DNA of 64,000 nt, taken from positions 375 to 64,374 of the IMG/VR virus record IMGVR_UViG_3300032132_000439. One strand, 5' to 3'. The stretch comes from a virus. Lineage: Duplodnaviria; Caudoviricetes. Position numbers and translations under genes: made by a program. Positions within the stretch are counted from its first letter, which is position 1, and the number at the start of each line of letters is the position of its first letter. The notes under the pieces were generated by a model, which worked only from the letters and a program-made list of their open reading frames with translations, was not told the DNA's origin and did not search any database. Positions 10,028 through 20,281 of this stretch are shown here, piece after piece.

Positions 10028-12469
10028 TTATAGCTCTTGTGTTCCCACGCTTGGCTCATCAACACTACCGGAAGAAGTTGCAGTAACCTCCTGAATAGTG
10101 CCGCCTTCTACTTTAACAAGAACCTCAGCTTTCACCTTGCTATCAGGTGCAAGCTCAATTTCTTGTTTCTCGGTTAGCCCTTGCCCAATACCGTTCCCGA
10201 TATAATCGCCGGGCGCGATATCCTGCATGGCCAAGATTGATTGCTGAGCGACCGGCTGATTAAGTGGTGACACAAAGCCAACACCCTCACCCCGAGCCTC
10301 TTTCTCAGCAACTTTTTCGGTGCTTTCAAGTATTGAAAGAACAGCCGGAGCCGCCGCTTTCCCGTTTCGCACACTTGCCGCATGCTCAAGAGGGGCAACG
10401 CGCTTGCCGGTTTCATCAACCTCAGCCGTCACTTTGCCCGTGAAACGATCAAACATTCCCGTTAGGTTTTCCCACTTTTCAGTTAGCGGAGAAAGCCATT
10501 GCATCACGTTGTCATACATCTCCTTAAAGATGCCGCCGATCTTCCCTGGAATTGATGCGATCTGAGCAGGAAAGCCAACCACCGCATCAATCAAGACTTG
10601 AATGTCACCAGTTGCAAGACCCGACCACTCTGCGATTTTTTCGCCAATGGTTGCGAATATAGCAACAACATTTTCAGGAATGTTCCGAATGAGATCGGTA
10701 AAGCCTGTTACAAACTCCGTAACCGGCGCTTGCCAGTCCGCGGGAAGCCAGCCAATCACCAGTCCGGCGATATCATCAACGATAGTGGCAATAGCGTCAA
10801 ACAAGCCATTCCAAACATTGAAAACTAACGTACTGAAATCTTCCCAAATCTTGATGCCCGCGTCAGCCACGGCTTGCCAATCACCAGTGAAAACACCTTT
10901 GATTAGATCGCCTACACCCTTCAAGACCTCAACCATGCCGGTGAAGATTTCAACGGTTCGGGTTTTCAATTCTTCCCAATGTTTAATTGCGCTGTAAGCC
11001 AATGCAGCAAACACCACCGCAAGGGCAGCAAATGGAGCCGCAACTGTCATGGCCGAGGCCGCTAATCCCCGCGCCGCAATTGCAGCGGTTTTAAAGCTTG
11101 CTGCAAGCGTTGGAATGTTGATTGCGCCAGCTAAGAGCGCACCCCTTGAAAACGCCGCTATGGCCACTTTCGCGGCCATTAAACCGCCACCCAATAGCCT
11201 TGCAACAAAGATCAGCTTGCCAATCCCGGCCACAACGCCACCAAGAACCCACATAACAGGGGCAAAGGCTGCAGCTAGTGCAAGCGTTGTTGCAATCGTC
11301 GTTTGAGTGCCGCTATCCAGATTGCTAAACCAATCGGCAAGATTACCAACCGCTTCCGCTACCTTTTCAATGGTAGGTAACAAAGCTTCCGCAAGTATCA
11401 CTTGGACCTTGAAGATTTGCCCCGAAAGTTTCTTGAAAATCTGCCCGGTCGTATCCATCCGGTTCATCCACTCAGTTTCAATGCTTAAGGCTGCAGCTCT
11501 TGAATCGTTAGCCGTCAGCAAAGCATCACCGAGCAAATCGATATTGTCGATTAGGGGGGCAAGAGCCCGAGCCTCATCACCGAAGATTTGTGAAAGGGTC
11601 GCTTTCTGCATGTGTTTGGGTAATTCATTCACCCGCGCAATGACGGTTTTAATCGTGCCCATTGCGTCTTTTTGCATGTGCTTAGACACGGCAACCGCAT
11701 CAAGGCCAATGGCCCTAAAACCCGCCTTGTGTCGTGATGTGGCTGCTGCGCCAATCGTTAGCGCCTTACCCATGTTCCGAATAGAAGTCGCGGCTACCTC
11801 AGTTTCTGCGCCGGTCGCAACCAACGCACCACCAAGAGCGGCAACCTCCTCTTTCGTCATACCCATTGTTGCAACGGCTTCAACACCAACCCGGCGAACA
11901 ACATCCAAAATCTCGGGCGCTGTTGCGGCCATAGAGTTTGAAAGCTCATTGATCACGCCAGCATATTGTTTTGTGGTGTCGGTTGTGAGCCCCATTGATG
12001 CGCGGATTTTTGCAAGAGCAACGCCAGCCTCACCGGCTTGCATATCGTAGGCGGTGCCCACTTTAGCAACCATTGCGGACCATTCGACAATCTCTGATTT
12101 GTCGATTCCAGATTGACCGGCGGCGGCTGCGATCTCAGCCATACCCGTTGCGGTCTGTCCCAACACCGGCCCCAGAGTCATGAACTCATCGCGCATCGCG
12201 GTTAGTTCGCTCTTACTGGCTCCATCAAGAACCTTGCGAACATCTGCCATTGCATCGTCAAGATCAATTGCGCCTTTTACGCTATCGGTTAGGAACGCGC
12301 CCACGGCCAAGGACGGAACGGTTGCACTTGCGCCAACGCGCTGCATGCCACGGCCAATGCCGCTCAGCTTTGTCGATAAATCTTTGGCTTGATGCGCGAC
12401 CGACGAGAAACCTGCCCGGGTCATATCATCCGCAAAGATACCAATGCGGGCTTTCATTGTGTTATTCAT
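10028..12469 (-). CDS. Tape measure protein (TP901 family)
   Basis: Long Ala-rich helical protein, MADVRKV, AAAGQSGI, IFG.EA motifs; exact start uncertain. Confidence 0.93.
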   Translation of the reverse strand: MNNTMKARIGIFADDMTRAGFSSVAHQAKDLSTKLSGIGRGMQRVGASATVPSLAVGAFLTDSVKGAIDLDDAMADVRKVLDGASKSELTAMRDEFMTLGPVLGQTATGMAEIAAAAGQSGIDKSEIVEWSAMVAKVGTAYDMQAGEAGVALAKIRASMGLTTDTTKQYAGVINELSNSMAATAPEILDVVRRVGVEAVATMGMTKEEVAALGGALVATGAETEVAATSIRNMGKALTIGAAATSRHKAGFRAIGLDAVAVSKHMQKDAMGTIKTVIARVNELPKHMQKATLSQIFGDEARALAPLIDNIDLLGDALLTANDSRAAALSIETEWMNRMDTTGQIFKKLSGQIFKVQVILAEALLPTIEKVAEAVGNLADWFSNLDSGTQTTIATTLALAAAFAPVMWVLGGVVAGIGKLIFVARLLGGGLMAAKVAIAAFSRGALLAGAINIPTLAASFKTAAIAARGLAASAMTVAAPFAALAVVFAALAYSAIKHWEELKTRTVEIFTGMVEVLKGVGDLIKGVFTGDWQAVADAGIKIWEDFSTLVFNVWNGLFDAIATIVDDIAGLVIGWLPADWQAPVTEFVTGFTDLIRNIPENVVAIFATIGEKIAEWSGLATGDIQVLIDAVVGFPAQIASIPGKIGGIFKEMYDNVMQWLSPLTEKWENLTGMFDRFTGKVTAEVDETGKRVAPLEHAASVRNGKAAAPAVLSILESTEKVAEKEARGEGVGFVSPLNQPVAQQSILAMQDIAPGDYIGNGIGQGLTEKQEIELAPDSKVKAEVLVKVEGGTIQEVTATSSGSVDEPSVGTQEL

Positions 12470-12482
12470 GGATCGCACCTAC

Positions 12483-12516
12483 AAAAAAAGGCGCAACCCC
12501 TTAACGAGATTGCGCC
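12483..12516 (-). terminator. Terminator-like hairpin upstream of tape measure
   Basis: GGCGCAATCTC..GGGGTTGCGCC then T7. Confidence 0.65.
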
Positions 12517-12934
12517 GCTTGTTTTCGTTTCTTGATGTAGTTAGCGTACCGCTCGTGCCATTTCAGCACGTCATCAGCACTCATGCCGTTCAATTCGCTA
12601 ACTGGAAATTTTGCCTCAAAAACTAATTCGTCTATGAGGTCGGGGAGTTTTTTGCCGGTGCTGTTTCAGTAACAACAACTTGCATCAAGCGAGCCAGATC
12701 ATTGGCGGGAACCTGAGCCAAAAGCTCTTGGTCAAGGCCGGTGATAGCTTCAAGATAATGCGGCATAACTTTTGTTTTCATCACGATTGAAACATTATCG
12801 CCATCCGTACCAACAACGGTGTCGTATGGGAGGCCATGTTCAAGAACCAACAAGCCGGGAACTTCCTGCAGCTTGATTTTGTCTTGCTTGCCTTCGTGAG
12901 TTTCGATTGCGCGTGAAAGTGTAAATTCAGTCAT
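12501..12934 (-). CDS. Tail assembly chaperone G (12632..12934) with -1 frameshift extension GT to 12501
   Basis: Between tube and TMP; slippery A-AAA-AAC at 12647-12653; -1 frame LPDLIDELVFEAKFPVSELNGMSADDVLKWHERY resembles P2 gpE'. Confidence 0.8.
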
Positions 12935-12989
12935 TTTTCTCTCCAAGAGTTTGGCGGCGCATTACCAGATGCACCGCCGATTTTTCAGT

Positions 12990-13367
12990 TTATAGATTAA
13001 CTTCACGGCAAGCGGATGAAACCACTTTCAAGCCTGAAATCTCACCGGAGCCCGTGTTTAGCGAGGCCCGACCGACAAGATCAGCTTCCGTGAATAGGTA
13101 TTGGCGTTTCATGTCGATCAATGTGATTGTCACATCAACACAAGAAAGATCACCAAGCTCAGCCAGTGATTGCCCCATGCGATCTGAAATCGTAATTTCA
13201 GCTTCCGCCGGAACAGCCTTTACCGTTACATAGTGAGTGCCGTTTGCGTTTGCGTCCGCTTCCCGTTCAACCGTGCTTGGCTGAACGGTAACGTCACCGC
13301 GCAAGTTGTATTTGTTGTTGCCAGCTTTAATGCTGACGCGCCCTGCGGCGTTGTTGCAACCTTGCAT
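12990..13367 (-). CDS. Tail tube protein (Mu gpM-like)
   Basis: Size, position after sheath, GE....F/V C-terminal pattern. Confidence 0.8.
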   Translation of the reverse strand: MQGCNNAAGRVSIKAGNNKYNLRGDVTVQPSTVEREADANANGTHYVTVKAVPAEAEITISDRMGQSLAELGDLSCVDVTITLIDMKRQYLFTEADLVGRASLNTGSGEISGLKVVSSACREVNL

Positions 13368-13381
13368 AATTTCTTACCTTA

Positions 13382-14866
13382 TTAGCTGTTGAAGTTGCCG
13401 AGCTGTTGATGAGTGATCATCTGAGCTGCGAAGACGCGGAATTGGTTCACCATGTCAGGCGGTAGGACCGCATCAATCCGGTCTGGATCGGTAACGCTAC
13501 GCTCCATAGTGAGCAACGATTCAAACAGTGCGTAATTCTCGCAAATGCTGAGATCGCAAAGTTTTGCATAAGCATGCAAGACCGTGGCGCGAACCTCATC
13601 AACTGTAGCAACGTTGTCCCGGTTTAGTGGGTCAGTTTCAGCAAGTGCAACCTGAGAATAAGCCCCGGTAACTTCCGCTTTCAAGAAACGTGCAACGCCC
13701 ATGCTTTGGAACATTGTGTTCACATTCAACCAACTTGGATCGGCAAGCCCCCAATCATTCAATTGGTAAGTTGTGTTCATGCGATCAATGATCACGTTGC
13801 CAGCTTTATCAACCCGGTAACCGCAAAGGCCGTCAAAATACATTGATTGACGCTCGGTGAGATCCCAACGGTCAGCGATCAACTTTGGAGCTTTGATGCC
13901 CTTCAAAGTTGTTGCGTGCATCGGAACCGAAAGGTTCGTGCCAATGCCGTTGAAGTGTGCTGCAGTAGCACCGGCAAGAGCGCCTACCCAATCAAAGATT
14001 GGTGAGCCTGAATTGTAGACCGGCATAATTGATGCGTGCGGGTCGTTACGGGTATTACCGAAAGCGCTCAACACCGCATAGGTGCCGTTTTTCGCTGTGA
14101 TAACGTGGCCGTAAAGCTCTTTAGCGTAAGACCAGCGACCGCTTGTGCCGTCCATAAAGTCTTGCGTTGCATCAAGGTTTGTCGCGTCATTGAACGGCAT
14201 GCCGATCACGTCAAACTCTTCATCGCCCAAGTTCGCAAGCAAACCTGAAACGTCAGCCGTGCCAGCACCACCAGTAAAGGCAACCACTGTGAGCAATGTT
14301 GCGCTTGTCACGCCTTCATCACCAACGCGATCAAGTTCCAACACCATGTCGTCACTGATAACACCCGTGAAATCAGATGTTAGCGTAACAACACCAGCCG
14401 CATTAGCTGCAGTTACCGGCGTGTAAACATTGGCGTTGATTTCTGCAACGATGTTTGCGGCAATGTCTGTGTCTGTGTCAGTTGTTGTCACTGCAACTGA
14501 ATAGCGTTCACCATTCAGATAGAAGTAAACCGTACCAGCCGCCGTCAATGGCGCGCCCGCAACTGTGATTGTAGCTGTTGAAGCTGCGCCCGCACCTTCG
14601 GCAACAGATGCAACCCAGATTTCTTGCAACGGCGCGTTGTCGCGTGCTGCTCGGTACATTGCTGCAAGAACGGAATTTGCACCGGCAAGCTGATCAATGT
14701 TGTCGTTTACGAGTGTCGCCGTGTCGTTCGCTAGTGTGCCGGTTGCACTTTTGTGACCGACGAGCAAACAACGATTAGATGATTGAAAAACCGCTTGTGA
14801 GGGGTTGATTTGGAACGATGCCAAAGGAACCCGCAAGTTTTGTGGAATGTCTGCAACTGCAACCAT
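13382..14866 (-). CDS. Tail sheath protein (Mu gpL-like)
   Basis: IP.NLRVPL, RWSY...YGH, TTYQ.N..G..D.SWL, PPD.VNQ.RVFA. Confidence 0.95.
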   Translation of the reverse strand: MVAVADIPQNLRVPLASFQINPSQAVFQSSNRCLLVGHKSATGTLANDTATLVNDNIDQLAGANSVLAAMYRAARDNAPLQEIWVASVAEGAGAASTATITVAGAPLTAAGTVYFYLNGERYSVAVTTTDTDTDIAANIVAEINANVYTPVTAANAAGVVTLTSDFTGVISDDMVLELDRVGDEGVTSATLLTVVAFTGGAGTADVSGLLANLGDEEFDVIGMPFNDATNLDATQDFMDGTSGRWSYAKELYGHVITAKNGTYAVLSAFGNTRNDPHASIMPVYNSGSPIFDWVGALAGATAAHFNGIGTNLSVPMHATTLKGIKAPKLIADRWDLTERQSMYFDGLCGYRVDKAGNVIIDRMNTTYQLNDWGLADPSWLNVNTMFQSMGVARFLKAEVTGAYSQVALAETDPLNRDNVATVDEVRATVLHAYAKLCDLSICENYALFESLLTMERSVTDPDRIDAVLPPDMVNQFRVFAAQMITHQQLGNFNS

Positions 14867-15078
14867 TATGATTTATCTCCAAAGGATTGTTTTACAACCG
14901 GAGCGGATTGCTTAGGCTGCTTAGTTTCTTTGACTTCAACAAGATCACCAGCATTCAAGCGGCGCTTGTAAAAAGCATTAAGCGGAAGTTTTTTGCCTTC
15001 AACCGGAACGGGATCAAAATTGCGATCCGGTTGACGAACTAAACAGCCCTCAGCGGGCTTCAAGACCATTGTTTTCAT
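14866..15078 (-). CDS. DUF2635 (Mu gp38-like) protein
   Basis: KPA.G..VR.P....P.EG......Y.RRL..GD.V. Confidence 0.85.
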   Translation of the reverse strand: MKTMVLKPAEGCLVRQPDRNFDPVPVEGKKLPLNAFYKRRLNAGDLVEVKETKQPKQSAPVVKQSFGDKS

Positions 15079-15089
15079 GTTGTTTCCCG

Positions 15090-15914
15090 TTAGGTTTTAA
15101 TATCAGCTAGCACCGCCTCAGCACGCCCGTCAGGCCCGTGAGTTGCAGTACCAACAGTGTTGGGGTCGTGAGGGTTAGCTGCATCAATCGAAATTCCGAT
15201 TGTCGCGCTGTTTTGTGTAATTGATTGTGCCGTTGGATAGCTTTTCAGCATGTCCTCAGCTTGGTTGATCTTTGCTAGAAAATCCCCAGTTGCGTTTTCC
15301 CGAACCGCTGTGAAGAAACTTTCAAGGTAAGGGGCAATCCCCGTCCCCATTTTCAACCCGGTTGGATCGTCCGCCGCCGCTAATGCATCAACTGTGGTTG
15401 ATTCAAATTCCGGCTGGCATGGCCGACACTCGAAAACGATTTGCCGGGCTGCAAGTCTTATGTCGCCTTTCGGTGACATAACGGGATTTGATTCAACGCT
15501 CAGCATTTGCCGGGCCGTGTTGTGAAAGAGCTGCGACCAAGTTGTTGCGCCATTCAACAGAGCTGTGAAAACCTGTGTTTCGAAGTGGTCCAAAACCAAT
15601 TCAAGTTCAGCGTCAGTTTCGGGGATTAAATGATCAACGTTTTCTTTGTTCTCTTCAAACTTAGAAAGCGAAATTTCGATCAACAGCGTTTCGTCAGGAA
15701 CTATCCGGGAGCTGTTACCGTCATCAATAAAACGGAAAACGCTACCCGGCGTATAGACCATGATTAAGGGCTGTTTTTCTTCGGCCGCAATAACGTCCAA
15801 TGAATCAAGACGGCTATCAAATACCCGCCCCCCTGCAATGGTTGCGTCATTAAGACCGCCGTTAGTCAGGCACGCAATGGCCGACCAACGAAGCAATGTT
15901 TTTGCAGATGCCAT
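15090..15914 (-). CDS. Tail completion / terminator-like protein
   Basis: T.AG.RVFDSR motif, position before sheath. Confidence 0.65.
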   Translation of the reverse strand: MASAKTLLRWSAIACLTNGGLNDATIAGGRVFDSRLDSLDVIAAEEKQPLIMVYTPGSVFRFIDDGNSSRIVPDETLLIEISLSKFEENKENVDHLIPETDAELELVLDHFETQVFTALLNGATTWSQLFHNTARQMLSVESNPVMSPKGDIRLAARQIVFECRPCQPEFESTTVDALAAADDPTGLKMGTGIAPYLESFFTAVRENATGDFLAKINQAEDMLKSYPTAQSITQNSATIGISIDAANPHDPNTVGTATHGPDGRAEAVLADIKT

Positions 15915-15916
15915 GA

Positions 15917-16297
15917 TTAGCCCTTGCCCACTCTTGTCAGGTAATACCGGACCCGGCCAAAGCCAGTTGGTTCAACATTGTTAATCCGGTAAAGAACACC
16001 GATCATCGGGCGAAAAATGTAATCACCTTGTACAAGCTCATAACCAACCTCATTGATATCAATGGAGGCGTGAGCATCGAAGCTGGTTACCAATGCGCGT
16101 TCACGGTCGCGCTGTGAAAATCCCTTGGCTTTGAATATGCCAAGAACAAGAGAAACGGCCCGGGTTGTGTCAGGGACCGCCCGAAGCTCACCTCCGCCGC
16201 TCATGGGGCGCAATTCAAGAGTTTCGCCCATCTCTTTTGCTACTGCTTTAGAAAGCTGGTTTTCATGATCAAACCAAATCGACTCAAAACCGGCCAT
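15917..16297 (-). CDS. Head-tail joining protein (gpFII-like)
   Basis: GD.......Y.I..VEP.G.G.....L C-terminus, synteny. Confidence 0.65.
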   Translation of the reverse strand: MAGFESIWFDHENQLSKAVAKEMGETLELRPMSGGGELRAVPDTTRAVSLVLGIFKAKGFSQRDRERALVTSFDAHASIDINEVGYELVQGDYIFRPMIGVLYRINNVEPTGFGRVRYYLTRVGKG

Positions 16298-16326
16298 CTA
16301 AAACCCCCTTTAGGGTAGTGAGAGGC

Positions 16327-16782
16327 TTAAAGCCCCCCACCAGTATTTCCTGCATTTTCCTCATTAACAGGTTCGCCGTTTCCGGCTGCGTCTGGTTGAG
16401 GTGCGTTTTCAACTTCAACTTTTACAAGTTCAGTTGATTGCTCTTTTTCGACTGTGCCACCTTCATCGCCGCCTGTAGTGTCGGCTTGCGTGAGTTGCAC
16501 CTGTCCGTTTGCAGGTTCGTTATTTTCTTGCCCCGCTGGGGCTGCATTTACCGGCTCTTCAACCTTAGCTGGCTCGTCGGGCTTTTTAGGCTCGCCTTGA
16601 ACAACTTTGATTTTGTGAGCTTTTGAAACTTTGATGCGATCAAAATTCGCAGATGTGCGAGTGATCTTGTCTGCAAGTTTCTTCGGTAGGTCGCCGGTCT
16701 GGTATCGTTTCCCAGTCTCGGCAGTAACGGAGCGGCGTTTGTCGAGCCGCACCGTTACATCGCGTTTCATGCGAACCAGCAA
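16327..16782 (-). CDS. Hypothetical head-region protein with acidic low-complexity tail
   Basis: ORF directly after capsid gene. Confidence 0.5.
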   Translation of the reverse strand: MLVRMKRDVTVRLDKRRSVTAETGKRYQTGDLPKKLADKITRTSANFDRIKVSKAHKIKVVQGEPKKPDEPAKVEEPVNAAPAGQENNEPANGQVQLTQADTTGGDEGGTVEKEQSTELVKVEVENAPQPDAAGNGEPVNEENAGNTGGGL

Positions 16783-17814
16783 TTACTTAGCCTTCACAAG
16801 AAACTCAGGACGTGAAACCATAGGCAACACGTTCATTTGAGCTTCCATATCAATGCCTTTGCCAAAGCGCATAGGCTCTTGCTTAGCATAGCGCTCTTGC
16901 GCTTTTGTGTTGACCGTTTCCATATAATCAGCCGGTGCAAAATTCTCAGTGAACACTTGCTTAGTGCCCAATGGAATGATGCGAGCCTCACCGTCGGCAA
17001 GGTAATCATATGTGGTTGTTGTGTCTGTGAGCGGGTTGTAATAATCAACCGTACCATCATACTCAACAAACGTTAGGCCGTAATGCGTGAAGTTATCGCG
17101 CATTGAATCACGGTTAGGGTTTTTGCCCTGAGCGTTGTTGAAGAAGCGATATGCTTCGCGCGTTTCAGCGTCCTGCATAACCTTGTCCATGAAGCCAACG
17201 GAACCCAGAACAACAACACCGGTAACCGTTTCGCCTTTTTTGATCTTGCGGTAATAACGCTTGATCTCGGCTGCAGTCTTTTCGATGTTCGGTGAGCCTG
17301 AGAAATCGAAATCAAAGACTTCTTCGGTTACGCCAAATTCAGTGAACAGATCAAACATTGTTGAACCGTCAGCGTCTTGGATAAGACCGTGAACCGCACC
17401 GTTACGCAACCATTCGCGCGTTACGTCCAGCTTATCGGCCATCGTATCAAGGCGCTCATTTACGATCTCTTCAACAACTTCAAGCTGATCGTCAGAACCG
17501 AACTTGCGTTTGTTTTGGATCGCGTCAGCCAAAAGACCATCTTCAATTGGGAAGTGTGGAATTTCAAAGCTGCGAATGTGACGTTTACCAGTGCGGTTTT
17601 TCGCACCCGGCGCGCCACGAACGGCTGACGGAACAAGGTTGATTACGCCGTTTTTGTATTCGATTGAAAAGTTTGTGCCGTACAAAAACTCAGACTTGAA
17701 CAGGCCCATGCTGTTCCAGATTGAATCTTTGTTCGGTACGATGTTGATCGCCGTAGAAAGCGAACGAACCCCAAAAGCGGGATTATCAAAAATTGCGAGT
17801 TGATCTTGGTTCAT
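16783..17814 (-). CDS. Major capsid protein (lambda E family)
   Basis: L..AIN..P, TREW.R.GA..G.I.DADG, APADY.ETVNT, Q.N.LP...RP..LVK. Confidence 0.93.
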   Translation of the reverse strand: MNQDQLAIFDNPAFGVRSLSTAINIVPNKDSIWNSMGLFKSEFLYGTNFSIEYKNGVINLVPSAVRGAPGAKNRTGKRHIRSFEIPHFPIEDGLLADAIQNKRKFGSDDQLEVVEEIVNERLDTMADKLDVTREWLRNGAVHGLIQDADGSTMFDLFTEFGVTEEVFDFDFSGSPNIEKTAAEIKRYYRKIKKGETVTGVVVLGSVGFMDKVMQDAETREAYRFFNNAQGKNPNRDSMRDNFTHYGLTFVEYDGTVDYYNPLTDTTTTYDYLADGEARIIPLGTKQVFTENFAPADYMETVNTKAQERYAKQEPMRFGKGIDMEAQMNVLPMVSRPEFLVKAK

Positions 17815-17823
17815 GTTAACCCC

Positions 17824-18222
17824 TTAAACCAAAGAACGGCAAACAATACCCAGAGCTGTTAGCCCTAGAATTGCCGCGTCTTTTTCTGCTTGTGTTGTTA
17901 CGTTTGCGCCCCACTGCAATGCAGGACCAGCAACACGCGCTAGACGCTCAAGCGTTACCGCTTCAACATCTGCAGTGCCGGTTGCGTCACAACCTGTGAG
18001 CAAAACGCCTGTGATGATTTCTGAGCCGTCAGATGCGGTTGGGTCGAAAGGAACATAAAGCTTTTCCGCTGTGATCATTGCCATTGGCGTTCCAGCCAAG
18101 TGCAAGCCAGAGCCAGCTTTGATTTTACGCGCTTCACGCGAATAATCAGGCTGTTCCCAGAGAATGAAATCATTCTGGTTTACGCCCTCATAGAAAGGAC
18201 CGCTTGATTGAATTGTTGTCAT
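17824..18222 (-). CDS. Head decoration protein (lambda D-like)
   Basis: YSRE, DP.A.DGSE...GVL motifs. Confidence 0.85.
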   Translation of the reverse strand: MTTIQSSGPFYEGVNQNDFILWEQPDYSREARKIKAGSGLHLAGTPMAMITAEKLYVPFDPTASDGSEIITGVLLTGCDATGTADVEAVTLERLARVAGPALQWGANVTTQAEKDAAILGLTALGIVCRSLV

Positions 18223-18227
18223 GGATT

Positions 18228-19544
18228 TTAGTCCTTAATGTTGTGGCGCTGCTTCATGTTCGCGACAAGGCGATCAGTTGCATCAACACCGTTTGTTGTG
18301 TCTGCGGCTTCAAGTTCTTCATCGCCCGCATCGCCCGCATCGACGTTGTTGCCGCTCAAAGCTTCAAGAGCTTGTTCGCGTGCGCTCGGCTTAACCGCTG
18401 GCTCGGGAGTGACAACAGGCTTTTCAACCGCCGCCATATCGATTGCGGCTGCAGCAAAAACAGCTTCCGCTTGCTCAAGTGAGAGCTTTGTTTGCAGAGC
18501 AACAGCTTGCGCTAGTGCCGGTGTGGCCTTCGCATTTGCAGAGCCCATGATTGAACCAATGCGCGCCGTGGCCGCATCTTCTCCGGCTTGCTGCGCATCT
18601 GCTAAGTCTTGATCAGACATTGCATATCCTTTGTTTGTTTTGAAACTTGCGCCCTTGCCGGAACTGGCTGAGAGGCTTTGAGATAGGGAAATCGCCGCTG
18701 TTAAATCACCAATAAGGTCAACGAATCCCGTTTCACTTGCTTCCGCGCCCAAGATTGTTCTTGAACGGGTATCGTTCACCGCTTGCTCATCAACACCGCG
18801 CAACGTCGAAACGTGCGAAACAAATTGATCATGCAGTTGGAGAATTTTTGAATTGATCTCGCCCGCCGCGTCATCGGTCAGACTTTCAGCCGGGTTGCCC
18901 ACGGCTTTAAGATCATTGGAGCGGAAAACCCGGGGCTTAACGCCTTGGGATTTCAACCGTTCGGTCTGGTCGTAATGGACCATGATCACGCCGATTGAGC
19001 CCACCATTGAGGAAGGCATTGCAACAATCTTTGTTGCACCGGCTGCAATCGCATACCCGGCACTTGCCGCCATACCATTTGCAAAAGCGACAATTGGCTT
19101 GATCTTTGAAAGCTCGCGAACTCGCGCGCCCGCTTCCATAGCACCAACGGCCTCACCGCCCGGCGTGTTCATATCAAGAACAGCGCTCTTGACTTGCGGG
19201 TCATTTATCGCCGCTTCAAGAGCGGTTAAGAACCCCTCATAAGAGGTTAGGCCAGAACGAGCCCCAACCCATGCGCCACGGTTTACCAAGCTGCCAGCAA
19301 CGGAGATGATCGCCGTTGACTGTTCAATATTGTAACCCGCGAAATTTTCGCCAGCGTAAACAGGTCGCCCAACCAAACCAGCACTAATAGGCTCTTGAAC
19401 GCCTTCGATTGATTCAAGATCAACTAGAGCGTCAACGCCGACACGGGGAGCCAAAACCGAGGCGATAACCTCAGCTTTGGTTTCCGTTGTCATTAGTGGT
19501 TGATTGAAAACCCGCTCAGCTAAATTAGCTAAGTGAGTGGCCAT
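18228..19544 (-). CDS. S49 prohead protease with C-terminal scaffold (lambda C/Nu3-like)
   Basis: LD.NTPGG, ASAGY..A, GSIGV. Confidence 0.93.
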   Translation of the reverse strand: MATHLANLAERVFNQPLMTTETKAEVIASVLAPRVGVDALVDLESIEGVQEPISAGLVGRPVYAGENFAGYNIEQSTAIISVAGSLVNRGAWVGARSGLTSYEGFLTALEAAINDPQVKSAVLDMNTPGGEAVGAMEAGARVRELSKIKPIVAFANGMAASAGYAIAAGATKIVAMPSSMVGSIGVIMVHYDQTERLKSQGVKPRVFRSNDLKAVGNPAESLTDDAAGEINSKILQLHDQFVSHVSTLRGVDEQAVNDTRSRTILGAEASETGFVDLIGDLTAAISLSQSLSASSGKGASFKTNKGYAMSDQDLADAQQAGEDAATARIGSIMGSANAKATPALAQAVALQTKLSLEQAEAVFAAAAIDMAAVEKPVVTPEPAVKPSAREQALEALSGNNVDAGDAGDEELEAADTTNGVDATDRLVANMKQRHNIKD

Positions 19545-19547
19545 CAA

Positions 19548-20234
19548 TTAAGCCCCTAGAATTGGATCGGTATATTCAACTTCATCAGTCAAAAGGTCAC
19601 CAAGATCGAATGAGGGGCGTGTTGCGCGAACTACCGTTAAAAAGTCGTTTTCGTTACTGATTTCGCGGACAAATGACGCCCCTAAACCGCTACCGCCAAA
19701 GTCAGGCGTGGAATAGAAATAGACAAGGTTTCCGTTGTCTGGATTAGTTGTTTTCGACACGGTGAATGTCGATTGAGAATCGTTCTCAAAATCAACAACA
19801 ACATCGGCTGGCATGTCGTCGTTTGGATCATTATCAACCAAGTTGGTTTCAACAATATCCGGCGCGGATGCCATAGCCTTAACTAGATTAGCAATTGTGT
19901 ACTCAGAGCCATCAACAGCAATGATTGCGCCAAGAACGCGCTCACCAACGCTATCATCAACCAATAGGGCGCGAAACAAATCTCGAATACGATCCGCCTC
20001 CGCTTCACTTGGCTGCTCCAGAAGATCAAGGCGATCAACAATTTCAGCCACTTCATTAGCCAATGGAGAAACCGCACTGTTGATTGCGTCTGCAAGGTCC
20101 GCGTCACCACTTTCGCGCAAAGTCGCTTCGTCAGCGATTGCGGCCTGAATAACGGCGACTTGCGTACGTAGGTTGGCCCGACGAACAAACGCCTCAATGC
20201 CCGTGTTAATTTCGTAGGTTTTTTCGTCTACCAT
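19548..20234 (-). CDS. Hypothetical acidic protein between portal and protease
   Basis: Long ORF, N-terminal coiled coil then beta-rich domain; start MVDEK downstream of terminator. Confidence 0.6.
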   Translation of the reverse strand: MVDEKTYEINTGIEAFVRRANLRTQVAVIQAAIADEATLRESGDADLADAINSAVSPLANEVAEIVDRLDLLEQPSEAEADRIRDLFRALLVDDSVGERVLGAIIAVDGSEYTIANLVKAMASAPDIVETNLVDNDPNDDMPADVVVDFENDSQSTFTVSKTTNPDNGNLVYFYSTPDFGGSGLGASFVREISNENDFLTVVRATRPSFDLGDLLTDEVEYTDPILGA

Positions 20235-20252
20235 GTTTCTCAAAATCCCATT

Positions 20253-20281
20253 AAAAAAGCCCGCCAAAAATGACGGGCTTT
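20253..20281 (-). terminator. Intrinsic terminator
   Basis: AAAGCCCGTCA-TTTT-TGGCGGGCTTT then T run. Confidence 0.8.

Noticed and set aside
11307-12050. Long antisense ORFs (also 44530..45216, 28373..28927)
   Set aside because: Shadows of well-supported genes on the opposite strand, no recognisable motifs
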